Shown in pieces: positions 13,979 through 27,520 of a stretch of DNA of 64,000 bases. The stretch's first letter is position 1. Each line of letters opens with the position of its first letter. The stretch covers positions 248,001-312,000 of the forward strand of contig CBFFRP010000066.1 in NCBI GenBank assembly GCA_965644295.1, read 5' to 3'. Made by a program: the position numbers and the translations under genes. This stretch comes from Paraphysomonas bandaiensis. Lineage: Eukaryota; Protista; Chrysophyceae. The notes under the pieces were generated by a model, which was not told the origin of the DNA, did not search any database, and saw nothing but the letters and a program-made list of their open reading frames with translations.

Positions 13979-14324
13979 ATGGATGTATATGTATATGAAA
14001 GCTGCTTACATGATAAGAGTGTGTGTGTATGTAGATCCAGTCACTCGATATGAATGCATACTACAGCAGTACAAGTCGCAACTATACCAGCCACTTGGAG
14101 AAAAGTTGACCAACACAATGAAGAAGTTTGATGGTCTACAGTGCAACTTGTACCAGTAGTAGGAATTTCCTACTGTATGTATTCTGTATTATGAGATATG
14201 ATGTCCTCAACCAGACGTACTCCGCTCATGCATATATACCTAGAAATTCCTCCTACCTACAGCAGATAGCCTACGTACTTACTATATACATGTACTTAAC
14301 AGCTAACCCCTCCACGTACTTAGA

Positions 14325-14560
14325 TACTTAGACATGTACTTATATACTACGATGTTGTACTTGTATACTTAGACATGTACTTATATACTACGATGTTGTA
14401 CTTGTATACTTGGACATGTACCTATATACTTCGACATGTGCTACGAACAGATAAACAGTTAGACATGTACTTACATAATACTTAGACATATACTTATATA
14501 GTTATATAGTTATATTATACAGGTACTTATATACTTCTTATACAGGTACTTATATAGTCT
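14325..14560. repeat. Minisatellite, 41-bp period built from ~20-bp TACTTAGACATGTACTTATA subunits
   Basis: Units start at 14325, 14366 and 14407, then decay. Confidence 0.8.
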
Positions 14561-14984
14561 ATCATATATACACAGTGTATACATACAAGACACACATATA
14601 GTCAGTCCACTTCAAGTATTATTACAGTACCTGATATCAGCCTATATCACTCATATCATAATTCTTATACTCTTCCACTTCATCTCTCTAACTCTTAATA
14701 ACTTTTCATTGAATTAATACTTTAAGTGTAACCTCTACAGAGATATTCAAGCAGGTAGAAGCAGTCATGACTATGTATAGTTTCACAACCAGCCTGCTAT
14801 AATTGCATTGAGTTGGCATTTCTGGCTGTGGGAAAGCAAAAAATCGACCTTTTCTTGTTTTTTGTGAAATATATTGGTCATCAAAAAACAGCATGCATCA
14901 AAAAAGCCTGGATTTGTTTACTGGATCGACATATACCCACTCTGACAGCAGTGTATGTACAGGGTGGTTGTGCATATCGATTTC

Positions 14985-15105
14985 ATCGATTTGTTCATCG
15001 TTTATTTCATGGAAAAGTCATCGTTTTTTCATTAAAAGTCATTTTTTTTCACTTTTCACTGAAAAACGATGCCTTTTCAATGAAATAAATGATGAACAAA
15101 TCGAT
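14985..15105. repeat. Foldback inverted repeat (45-bp arms, 41/45 matches), possible MITE
   Basis: ATCGATTTGTTCATCGTTTATTTCATGGAAAAGTCATCGTTTTTT (14985-15029) pairs with 15061-15105. Confidence 0.8.
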
Positions 15106-15722
15106 TTCCACCCCCAGAGTACTCCAGTGCTATAACGGTATGATGGTACTGTACTCTCCACTGTATAAAATCGGGAGGAGGATTAATGACCAATCATTTT
15201 CGTGTTATCAATTATGATTGGTTGCGTACTCATATTTTCCATTTGAACCGTTTACAAGACCATGAAAGGTACAAGTATGCATCACTTATGTAACATACGG
15301 AGCAAAAGAACTCTTCAGAATTTTTCATGGATAGCGTCACTCTTTCTATGGATTTTGTGATTGTATGGCTGTGAGCCGCACAAGCGCATCACCACTCTTC
15401 TTAGTTAGCTTGTTCTCCCCCTATGGTTGGTTGTTGTAGTCTGTCACTTTTATTTTACGTAGTGTTTACTGTTTAGTACTGAAGTGCATAGCTGGTGAGT
15501 TGTGCTTTCGTTTCTTGGGGTGCCGAGAGCCTTTAAGTGCTACAGAAGTCGTATAAGTTGATAAACAGCGTTCTCTCTATTAGAAGCAAGAGTTTGTCTC
15601 TCAGGTCACAACCTGATAGTTTCACTGCATCAGCCTGATGCTTGTCAAACTTTAACACCTTGCTGTCCTCCTTCGCCTCATCCGAACTACCATCCGCTAC
15701 TATGTTAGAATTGGACATTACA

Positions 15723-16005
15723 TGTTGAGATCTGAAGATTCTATATACTTGCAATTGAGTGCAGTATTATGTGAGATGCAAGGATCGAAAGATATATATG
15801 TAATTAGTACATTATATTGTGTAGTATGAAACTGAAGCAGAAGTGGGTGACTATACAGGATACGATCACTGAGTGTGTGGTTTGTAGACTATAGTAGTAA
15901 ATGAATGGTGTTGAACACAACTTAGGTTCTTTATCATGTAATGTTTATAATTTCATCTTATCACTTGAGAATAGTAAACCTTAGCAAATAATGCCAACTT
16001 CTGTT
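15723..16005 (+). mobile_element. 283-bp LTR-like insertion flanked by ATTACA direct repeats
   Basis: Copy 1 reads GACATTACACTGAAG (31-45); copy 2 has ATTACA (15717-22) + TGTTGAGATCTG... + ATTACA (16006-11) CTGAAG. Starts TGTTG but has no clean CA end. Confidence 0.6.
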
Positions 16006-16053
16006 ATTACACTGAAGTTAACTTTGATCTACACGTAAACCTTAATCATGCTT

Positions 16054-16340
16054 TGTTGAACACAATGCTCTTTCAAGTAAGAAATATGATTATTAATCTA
16101 TACACTTCACTATTCACTATATTCATGTAACATCTGGAGAATATCTGCTCTCAGCAACATCTGTTTACCATATGTTCATCAGTCACTCCTATATATTATA
16201 TAGTCACACATCAGTAACTGAATTTAATACCTTTGTACCTATAATCATACGCTACACTTACGAGTTGACTTCACTTATTGCACACTATTAACTCACTTCA
16301 ATTGCACAATATATATCACAACATACTGCAGAACTCAACA
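16054..16340 (-). mobile_element. Degenerate LTR-like element (uninterrupted paralog of 80-690)
   Basis: TGTTGAA...CTCAACA termini, 287 bp, aligns with 80-293 plus 606-690. Confidence 0.5.
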
Positions 16341-19300
16341 GGTGTTGCGCTTGAGTGAAAAACAACTTCCAACCTGCCAAGATCACCTCGTCTAAGCTAC
16401 AATTGTTTGGTATAACATACAGACTGCGTATATATTTTCCCAGATGCAGTTGATAGGTACTTCTCAACATAGCCTCATCTAATTACGGAACTTTGTAAAC
16501 CCTTTTACCGTTCACATTTGCAGTGAACCTTCCAATACCTCGTAAGTTATTTTGCACATAGCACAATATATAGCCTCTTACACTTCCTTATTTACACTAC
16601 ATCACACAATCGACCTGTCAATGATACTCGCAAGAAAACTTCGTAACGCTGTAGGTCACACAACCGATGCTTAGATTGTACAACATGGCAATAAATGACA
16701 CTGATAAAATATTATACAAATATGGTTCGATGTTCTAAAGTAAAGAGCAACTCCAACAACTTAAAGTCGCAAAATTTCTATAAAGATATATATACTCCAA
16801 CCACAGAGAGAACAACAAAAGAATCATCAAACTCTACTCATATAACCACGACATATATTTACCGTTACAGATATGTACTTTACAGCTATCGTTGTATATA
16901 CGCAATAAAAAAGTAACAACATAGCTTGCTGAACTCCACTATAGTTGACATACCACAACAATTGCGTCTCTAATACGCATAATTCCATACCATTACGTAC
17001 ACAACACAGCCACAAAAAACATATCCTCCTGTACCGCACTACACTCATTTCCTTGCATAGAACAAACACTGAAAGCGCGGGAACTGTAACAAGAATCTCC
17101 CGATGCGTTCGTTTGACTGCATCAACGACTGACATCGTTTTAACCTATAAACTGGTTAGTTCCCTTTACTCTCACAATGAGATTCAGATGCGACAAAATG
17201 CTAAAGTGCACGACATAAAAAGTCATCATCATCCCACTGTATTTCCTCCACAACATCGCCAAAACCCTCCAGCCCTGGCTCATTTTCAGTTGCCACAGCA
17301 TTCTCAGAACTTAGTGAACAGCTATCAATCGTCGTGATTGCATCTTTACCGAGTACCCACGCATCAGAAACAGATCTGTGGTTCATTAATCCACCCAACG
17401 AATTATTCGATTCCTCTAATTCAGTTTTCTCTTCATTGTGATAAAACTCTCCAGATCTTGTCCCTCCCACACAGCGTGTTAAAATATCATCCTGCTTTTG
17501 GCTTTCCTGGCATTTTCCCAAACTTCCAATATCAACATGTAGTATCTTTTCCAACCACTCCGACACGACCCGGTCATCGAAGTCTGATTCATCTCCTACC
17601 AGGACAGGCCACCGCAACTCATTTTGCATCATATACATCGAATCAGGATCATATTCATCACTATCCTCCCACGACACATGTCCATCATGCACCGTTCCAA
17701 TATCTGATGGAGCGGACAAACACACACTTGAGTGTGCATGTGCAGAACCGTCACCTAGAACTACCCCTATAGATCCCGTGCGCTTATCTTCACATGTTGA
17801 AGGAGACGAACATCTCCGCATCCGTGTAGTAAACACGTTTGACGGAGGATGGGATTCTCTTTGCACCGTATCGGCATTAGTCTTCCTCGGCTCGTTGTCG
17901 AAATCGTTCTCAGTGTCAGCAGGATGCACACTACGAGGTGATACAGACGGAGGGACAACTGAAACACTCTCGATGGATGGAAGAGTGTCTGCAAAATCTA
18001 ATCGAGTTGATCCTCTACCTGAAATCGTCATAAAATGAAGTATGATCGCGACTGTCACACATGGAACAAAGGCTAACACTGGATTCAGCCTGAAGAGTCG
18101 TACGTGTAAGACAACTATATAACCCAATCCAAATGTACTGACAATCTCCAGGACCATGTCTTGAATCGGTTCAGGCAGCTCAATCATACTCGTAACTGCA
18201 AATAACAGCACTCTACTGAAGGCTTGGGTCAAAAACTCAAACCTCGTATCGTAATTACGCTGCATCGATCGTGTCTTGGTCTTCACTGATTTCTTCGGCC
18301 ACGGTGTGGAATATTGCTCTATTAGTCTACTCTCTGGAAGATTTGGATACAATGACGCCAATCTGACGGAGGGGTAAAGATACCTGGCAGCGTTGAATCC
18401 GTCATCAGAAGCACTCAAAAGAGATCGGTAATTTTTCGAATTTTGTTTGAATGAAACTATATCATGAGTCACTTTTCTTTTAATCTTCATGGCATCTTTC
18501 ATTGTCATAAATGGAATGGCAATATGTTGAATAATTACCATACCAGTACATACAAGTGTTATGTTAAATATAAGCCATACAACAAAACTGTAAAACCAAG
18601 CCTTCTGCCGAGTTTCTGTTTGTCGCATTGCAAATAGGTATATATACAGCAACATCGCAGCCATCACCACAGAGAGAAAAATCCACGTGCAAACTTTCGC
18701 AAATAACGTAGCCTTTCTCTTGGGGGCATTATCACGGCGATCTTTAGCATCCAATATCTGACCATTTGCACTGTCCATAAGATCCTTGATAAATAGGTAA
18801 ACTAACCTCTTGTTCTTATTTTCTCTGGTTATACTTGGATTACCAAAATATAAAGCTTCGCGCTGTACAAGCTTACGAACATTACTTAACTCTGAGAGGA
18901 TCACTGCTTGCCCAGTGTTTTCGGAATGCTCAGTAAAACAGGCGAATAATTTCATTAGTTTCAAAATCATGCTGTCTTTGACATCAGCAGTAAGTTCTTC
19001 CCCCCAAACACCTACAAAACAAAAAGCACTATCAGCACAATATATATCATATCTCAAAAATACTTACAATCAAACTCCTCCCGCTCAGAATCCGTTAGTA
19101 CACTTCGAAATCGTTTGATATCGTTCAAAAGACGGGCAAAATCTTCATGAAGAGTAGATTCATATACATTACTCGAAATTTCAACCATTGGAACACTGTT
19201 ATTATATGATGTGAAATTCTCAATATGTGCTGCATCACGACTGTCCCCACGCTCCAGCGTGCTAATTCTCGACAATTGTCTTCTCCGCTGTACTCTGCCC

Positions 19301-22300
19301 TCCTGTCTTGTCTCAGCCGATAAAACGAACATAATTAGACTTTGCAGTGATATCGCTATCGGTGTACTAATAGCTGCTGCAAATAGTGCTACCATGAGCA
19401 CACGCTCGAAATCGTTACTTATCGGTCGAATATAGCAACTTTCTTCCGCAGCATCCCAGTAACACTTACTCTCACTTCTAGACAACGATGACTTCTCTTT
19501 CAAGCACCTTTCCCTGTAAGTGTAGGTTTCACACGAACCATCATCAGGGTCAGCGATGTCATATGTGATGGCCTCAATGAAGAGCATCGTCAGAATGTTC
19601 ATAAGAAGGGACATGATACGGATGGGACGTGAATATGTCGGTGAATAATGACATACCACACCGACCCAGCGGTGATATATCTGTACTTCATTCGACACTT
19701 TCTTCCAGAGTGGAACTCGTCTCAATACCATCGGTAGCGCATCTTCGATCATCTGAACATCTTTATTACTAACGGAGTCTTGAACCTTTGCTTGTGCCAA
19801 CTTTGCCCTGCCAAATTGCGGCTGTACGGTTACATTACTGCTGGACCGAAACACGCGTGCAATTATCGCACCCATTAAGGAAGATGACTTTGTTATTAAC
19901 TGTCGACCGCTTCTACTGCTACTGGGAGTAACTCTATTATGTCGTGATAAAAGTGATATCTTGTGAATGCCTTCTCTTTCTATACTCTTCAAAGAATCCC
20001 TTTCGGAGGCTTTATCACGATTGTCCAAATGATAGGCACCTATAACAGAGAGCATTCCAAATAGTCCTATAAACCCAACCGTGAGTAGAACGCGAATACT
20101 TCCCACAACATCACGACCACTTAAATCATCTGCACTTGTCCATGTATCCACAAACTCAATCAATATAGAGCGGCTCACTGAAGTAAAGTCAACAGACACC
20201 GCACTGCCGTCAGATGACTCTGACTCCTGCATTCGTCGCCGCTGCCTCTCCAAAGGAAGCGTGCATTCACATGTTATATTGGAGCCAGTGTATTCTATCA
20301 TCGTACATGTTACATTATCGTCCCCAATAGCATCACACGTAACTGAGAAATCATGAACAGGGCATGAACGGGATACAGTTCCTGATGACGACCCGTTACA
20401 TGATAGAGTGACAATATCTCCTGCCGGACATTTGTACTCTTGCGATATTGGTTCTCCTTTCTCACAATCTAAATAGAGAGTGTCGATATCACTGCCATTA
20501 GACACATGACTCACGGGAATACTCTTCACATTCTGTAGGACAACAGTCACGTTACAGACATAAGATGAAGAAGAATTGCAGGGGGAGTTGTCAAAGCGAA
20601 GACCAAAAGGAACACTTAAAGCATACGCATCATTACTGAAGTGAGACACTAAGGATTCAACAACAGCAACTTTAAACGCAGTTTGATACGCACTCTGAGG
20701 TATCACTGCAGTCTGAGAGCTTGAGCCTACCAAATCTTCAAGAATAGTTCGAGGTGAGGTGACAGTAGAATTGTCCCGACCATCAAGAGATAAACACGTA
20801 AAGCGAAACAAATTACTCACTACATCAATTGAGTTCTGCCCTTCAACCATATCCAGCAATATGAAGTCGTAATAGGCTTGATATAATACAAAGGATGTTC
20901 TCCCGGCAGATGGGTCGGCATCAAGAACTAAGTCTAGAACAGTGCTCACTGCAGTGATGTCTTCATAAGACAAGCCAAGATCAATGGCATCTGCAATGAA
21001 CTCCACTGCCAAGGATGCTATCAAATCTTTCGTTTTATCCTCTATACCTCGTGGATCGCTGCATATAGAGGCCAAACCTTCTATCCATGAGACAAGAGTA
21101 TCTGCTGAAGGGTCTTCCAAGAGCGAGACACTACGAATCGCTTCCACAAGCTGATGTCGAGTTTGTAAAGTCTGATTAAATTCATCTACGGTGTACTCAC
21201 ACGACTGGCCAGTAAAGCCATCGTAACAAGCGCAGATAGCTTTGCAGTGAACACTCAGCACACTGCAAGTAGTGTACGTGACATTGACATCGTATACAGA
21301 TACGTATTGGCAATACCCAGAATACGAACAATCTCCAGGACAGGCCTTAGGCATGACAACACATACATTGGAATCGCACATTTCCCACTGCGTGACATCA
21401 CAGTCACTGTTTCGGGTGCATGATGTCGGAATCGACGAACCCATTGAAAGGCGTCTTCTCTTGTCATCGCTCAAGTGTAAACAGTACGTATTCGCATGTC
21501 CACTTTCGCCAGCATACCCTTCCAAACACTCTCCACATGTACTCGCAGTAGTCGTGCAGTCGAATCTATTCAGACTTGTACAGTTAGGGGCGGAAGAGCA
21601 ATTCACACTGTTTAGAATTGAGGCAGTGGTTGCAATTGCCTTTTTCATCTCATCAGCATAGCCATTCGAGTTCGCAAGAGCATCTGTGAGGTAGTTTTGT
21701 TTGTCCTCTGCAGAGAGCTCCTGCCTCTTTACCTCCACAGACCGATAGGAAGCAATCTTGGCACCAAGTATGTCAAAAACTTGCACTCTCGTTCTGAGCA
21801 TGAAATCCGCAGAATCTTTCCCTGCCGGCAAGTCGGTAGACACATAAGAGAGCTCCAACCGTGACCGGTGAACAAGATATGCTCCAGATGAGCCTTGATA
21901 AGCGAATTCGTAAGATAACGGAATATCAGAATCTTCCCACTTTGAAGCCAAAAATGTAAATTCCGTGACAAGCATTGTGCCTGTAGGTGGCGAAACAGAG
22001 TAGCTACCCGGATATGGAGGAGAATTAGTCGATATCGTTATGGCAGCAGTCGCAGCGTACCCTGTATCTAGGCTGCATGCAAGTTGGAAGCTAAATTTCG
22101 ACTCCTGGGGTAGAGTGTTAGGTGGTAACACCAGACTCAACGTATACACTTCCCGAGACGACGCTGGAGGTGCTATCGCTTTTGTCACTTCGGACAGTGA
22201 AACTGATTGCAGGTGTATTGACGGATCATCAACAGACCAAGTTGCTGTACCACCTGCGGCAACTTCCACGGTGGCAAGTAATTTGAATTTCTGAGAGGGA

Positions 22301-24869
22301 TTGATTCGAGTCCCGCTTGACGATGAAAGGGTCACTAATGGAGCCAGAGATGGAAGAACAGTGACTACAACTGTTGCAGTAGAAGATCGAAAATCTTTTG
22401 TGTGAACAACCTTCACAGTCAGCTGATGAACGCTATTGATCATCGAATCGCTGTTATTCTGAGGAACAGATACTGACACCTGTGAAGGTGAAATAGCTGA
22501 CATAACCAAGTCACTGACAGCTTTGTATGACGGATAGGTTTGTGCACAGGTAAAGGCAAACGACAATTCCGCACCAATTCCTGTGGCTTCGTTATTATCT
22601 TCATCGTAGCTTCCAGACGCATCAACATATGTTGAGCTATCCGTTCGAACACCTCTACTAGATGATCCAGACACCTTCGCAACAACCAACCCTTTGACTA
22701 CTGTCACAGACACCGAAGCAGAGGAATACTTCAACGAATCTGTGTGCTGAGCTGTCAGGGTTACAGTATATACAGTCCCAACTTCCAGAGTGTAAGGCAA
22801 CAACTTGAACGTCCGCGGGTCACTCGCTTGAGAAACTAAGCTGAGAGGGGCCCCTTGTGCAAATATTTTCCAAGAATATTGTATATTCGCAGTGCTGGTC
22901 GCCCCACCACATACGGAGGTGTAAGCTTGACCAGTGACTGATAGCGGAGAATATCTGTACTGCAACCTCAGCTTCTTAGAATTCAATGATACTACAGGAA
23001 CATTCTCAGATAAAGAAACAACAAAAGAATGCGTTGACCTCCCACAACCACCGATAAAATTACACATAACTACAGAAATACTGTATGCAAATCCTGGATA
23101 CAGTACGGCCCGTGGCACTATCAAGACGCCTGATGCTTCGTAATTGGCGTTTAAATAAGCACTAACCAAGGAAACGTTCTCATGAGTTCCATACACATAA
23201 AATGATACATTCATAAAGGGGCGCCCCCCTGATCCCTTGGATCCAGAAATATCTATAGGTAGTGAGTCACATGGTCCAATCTGAGAAGGTGATATAATCG
23301 ATAGAGCGGGAACAATAGGCGTTTGCGGAGCATGTACTCTGATAGAGGCCAACGAACTAAATTGCCAAGTACTGCAAGTAGGACCGTTGTTCAGGACTTT
23401 ACATTTAGCTCGAATCTTATTAGCTCGTAGTGTAATTACATCAGACACACCAACTACTCCACTCGCCCCAGGAAATATCGACACTCTGGAATCATCGACC
23501 CATAGACACCTCGTATCCTTCTGAATACCGGGAAACGAAAACACATCCATGCAGTTGAAATTATTGGTATATCCTGCACGATTGGTGGGTGCATCAAACA
23601 GCACTAGAATCTTAGTTCCATCTTTAAGAAAGGTCGCAGATTTCAATACTGGAACCGCAGGTTCCGCATCAACAGCAAGCACAGTGATAAAACTTGAGGG
23701 AATATAGGATATGACATAATCACTTGCTGATAATCCTGACATTGTAAATACCAAGGCGTACACACCAGCGTGCTGGCGAATATACGCCACATACTCAACA
23801 GTTGACGAAGTGAAAACCACAGACGATGGGACAAACGGATATACTGTTGAGTTTTGAATGGCAGCCAATGATACATTTAAGTCATGAGGTATTACATCAC
23901 CAGCATCGAGCTTCAATGCAACAGCCGTGTCTTCTCCACTCGAGTACGAGGTCGCAATCAATTCAACATTTAAGGTTCGACAGCATGCCGTTTTTGCCGC
24001 TGATTTGGTCCCACGCATTAGATCATAATCCATTGGAGTGTCTAATGCTGAGTATGTAGCGCAGTACACATCATAATCTGAAGATGCAATTAAACCGTCA
24101 ATCATAAATGACACAGTCGTTGATGTAATCGATATCAAGTCATTGTGAAGAAGAAGAGTACTAACAGTAGAAGGAACAAATGAATCCGACGTTAGGTACG
24201 CTGCGCAAACGAGAGACCCTTCCGGTACATCAACAGCTACTGTGGCTGTAATCGAGCTAATTGTGCTGGATACAGTTATGCTCAATATATCCGATGCCAC
24301 TGATAACTCGGTAAAAGCTATGTGCAATATGTTTAATATCGTAGGATAAAGGGGTTTCTCAACCTCATCACATGGACTATCGTATATGATCGCAGATGGT
24401 TTAACAGTTGATGGCGTGCATGGAGAGCTGGTACAGTTCGCACACAGGAACGCCGAAGTCATGCTCCCACAACGGCCCACCATCCAACTCGTATCATGAC
24501 ATTTGAAAGACATGGAAGAAGAAACGGTTGCCTTGGATACTGACAGAAGTGTGGCCACAATATCAGCAGCAGTTGCGCTATCGTTACAAGTCACAGTCAC
24601 TAGTTTGAGGTCAGCTGAAAAGTCTGTTGTCGATATCATACTGAGAGAAGAAGCTGCATAGGTAATCAATGCTGTCGCAATATTGTCATTGACGAAAACA
24701 TCCCATTCGTCACATGTACCGTATCCACGTTCACTCCTGACTACTAAGCTCGCAAAAGTACTTCTCGTTCCGAGGTTAATGCCATTGATATATGTATCAT
24801 ATTTCTCTTTCCACAGTGTCATGAATGATGTGGACGGAGACAGAGAAGGTACAAACGTAGGACTCATGG

Positions 24870-27435
24870 AAAGTGTTGGTGGCAAAGTTGGATAGTGAGT
24901 AACTGTAGGAACTGGCGCGTATGTTGGTCGGTAAGTTGGAGATGACGTAGGTGCTTTAGTAGGAATACTAGTAGGTAAAAATGTGGGAAACCTTGTAGGT
25001 AATATTGTAGGTTTGGATGATGGCACTGAGGTGGGATAAGAGCTGGGATCACTAGTGGGGATGTATGTGGGTTGCCCAGTCGGCTCCCCACTTGGCTGCC
25101 AACTCGGAACTGCGGTTGGCATAGTAGATGGTATACTAGAAGGTTGACTACTAGGCGAGGCACTTGGGAACGATGAAGGCTGCCCAGATGGGTTCTCAGA
25201 AGGCTGGCCACTAGGCTGTCCAGAAGGTTGGCCAGTGGGTACTCTTGTGGGTTCTCCTGAGGGTTTCCCAGAAGGTCGGCTAGTAGGCCCATCAGTAGGT
25301 TCGCCTGTAGGTTGGCCCGTGGGTTGCCATGTAGGTTCCCCTGAAGGTTGGCCGGAAGGCTCACCCGTGGGTTGTCCTGTAGGTTCCCCTGACGGCTGAC
25401 CAGACGGTTCACCTGTGGGATGGCCAGTAGGTTCCCCGGAAGGCTGAGCACTAGGCTGGCCTGTAGGTTGGCTGGAAGGTTCAGCTGTTGGTTGGCCAGT
25501 GGGCTCTCGGGAAGGCTGAGCACTAGGCTCGCCTGTAGGTTGTCCTGTAGGTTCCCCTGAAGGTTGGCCGGAAGGTTCCCCGGAAGGCTGCGCACTAGGT
25601 TGACTTGTAGGTTGGCTAGAAGGTTCAGCTGTGGGTTGGCCAGTGGGCTCTCGGGAAGGCTGAGCACTAGGTTCGCCTGTAGGTTGGCCCGTGGGTTGCC
25701 ATGTAGGTTCCCCTGAAGGTTGGCCGGAAGGCTCACCCGTGGGTTGTCCTGTAGGTTCCCCTGACGGCTGACCAGACGGTTCACCTGTGGGATGGCCAGT
25801 AGGTTCCCCGGAAGGCTGAGCACTAGGCTGGCCTGTAGGTTGGCTGGAAGGTTCAGCTGTTGGTTGGCCAGTGGGCTCTCGGGAAGGCTGAGCACTAGGC
25901 TCGCCTGTAGGTTGTCCTGTAGGTTCCCCTGAAGGTTGGCCGGAAGGTTCCCCGGAAGGCTGCGCACTAGGTTGACTTGTAGGTTGGCTAGAAGGTTCAG
26001 CTGTGGGTTGGCCAGTGGGCTCTCGGGAAGGCTGAGCACTAGGTTCGCCTGTAGGTTGGCCCGTGGGTTGCCCTGTAGGTTCCCCTGACGGCTGACCAGA
26101 CGGTTCACCTGTAGGATGGCCAGTGGGTTCTCCGGAAGGCTGAGCACTAGGTTCGCCTGTAGGTTGGCCCGTGGGTTGTCCTGTAGGTTCCCCTGAAGGT
26201 TGACCGGAAGGTTCACCAGTGGGTTGTCCTGTAGGTTCCCCGGAAGGCTGACCAGACGGTTCACCTGTGGGATGGCCAGTAGGTTCCCCGGAAGGCTGAG
26301 CACTAGGTTGGCCTGTAGGTTGGCTGGAAGGTTCAGCTGTTGGTTGGCCAGTAGGTTCTCCGGAAGGCTGAGCGCTAGGTTCGCCAGTCGGTTGGCCCGT
26401 GGGATGGCCAGTAGGCTCCCCTGTGGGTTGGCCAGTAGGTTCCCCGGAAGGCTGAGCACTAGGTTCGCCTGTAGGTTGGCCCGTGGGTTGTCCTGTAGGT
26501 TCCCCTGAAGGTTGGCCAGTGGGTTCTCCGGACGGCTGGCCGGAAGGTTCACCCGTGGGTTGTCCTGTAGGTTCCCCGGAGGGCTGACCAGACGGTTCAC
26601 CTGTAGGATGGCCAGTGGGTTCTCCGGAAGGCTGAGCACTAGGTTCGCCTGTAGGTTGGCCCGTGGGTTGTCCTGTAGGTTCCCCTGAAGGTTGGCCAGT
26701 GGGTTCTCCGGACGGCTGGCCGGAAGGTTCACCCGTGGGTTGTCCTGTAGGTTCCCCTGACGGCTGACCAGACGGTTCACCTGTAGGATGGCCAGTGGGT
26801 TCTCCGGAAGGCTGAGCACTAGGTTCGCCTGTAGGTTGGCCCGTGGGTTGTCCTGTAGGTTCCCCTGAAGGTTGCCCAGTAGGTTCTCCGGAAGGCTCAC
26901 CCGTGGGTTGTCCTGTAGGTTCCCCTGAAGGTTGACCGGAAGGTTCACCCGTGGGTTGTCCTGTAGGTTCCCCGGAGGGCTGACCAGACGGTTCACCTGT
27001 AGGATGGCCAGTGGGTTCTCCGGAAGGCTGAGCACTAGGTTCGCCTGTAGGTTGGCCCGTGGGTTGTCCTGTAGGTTCCCCTGAAGGTCGGCCGGAAGGT
27101 TCACCTGTGGGTTCCCCTGACGGCTGGGCACTAGGTTGGCTAGAAGGTTGCCCTGTCGGTTTTCCAGATGGTACTGCTGAAGGCTCGTTAGAAGGTTCAC
27201 CTGTAGGTTGTCCTGTAGGTTCCCCTGAAGGCTGACCAGACGGTTCATTAGTAGGTTGGCCAGATGGTTGTCCTGTTGGTTCACCAGATGGCTGTCCAGT
27301 AGGGATTCCAGATGGCTCACCTGTGGGTTGACATGACGGCTGTTCTGTAGGACCAGATGGTTGCGCACTAGGTTGTCCTGTTGGTTGACATGACGGTTGT
27401 CCAGAAGGGAAAGAAGTCGGTGCAGATGTGGGTAT
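24870..27435 (-). repeat. Expanded PT-type stalk repeats of gene 2 (~2.6 kb)
   Basis: About 200 tetrapeptide P-S/T-x-Q/E units with larger internal duplications. Confidence 0.92.
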
Positions 27436-27520
27436 CAAGCATTCATGGTAAGCGGCTTGTGTGAGGTAGAAGGTTGATAATTGAGTCATTGTGCATAGCT
27501 CGGAAGGGTACACTTGTGAA

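Larger units (their letters stand above)
1..14002. repeat. Copy 1 of a ~15.65-kb tandem segmental duplication (copy 2 = ~15684-29662)
   Basis: Position 1 GAACTACCATCCGCTAC recurs at 15684; the 3' exons of the two genes are offset by exactly 15650 bp (ORFs 1551..3407 vs 17201..19057); similarity ends just upstream of the start codons (…ATGAAAGC at ~14002 vs ~29662). Confidence 0.93.

Noticed and set aside
15533-15754. 73-aa minus-strand ORF
   Set aside because: Its start lies within the LTR-like insertion and it has no recognisable domain; may be a relic but cannot be supported.
24864-27368. Long alternative-frame ORFs over the stalks (also 9217..10278, 38359..39609, 61313..62428)
   Set aside because: By-product of 12-bp repeats lacking stops; the 834-aa one is not in the frame entered by the gene 2 frameshift.
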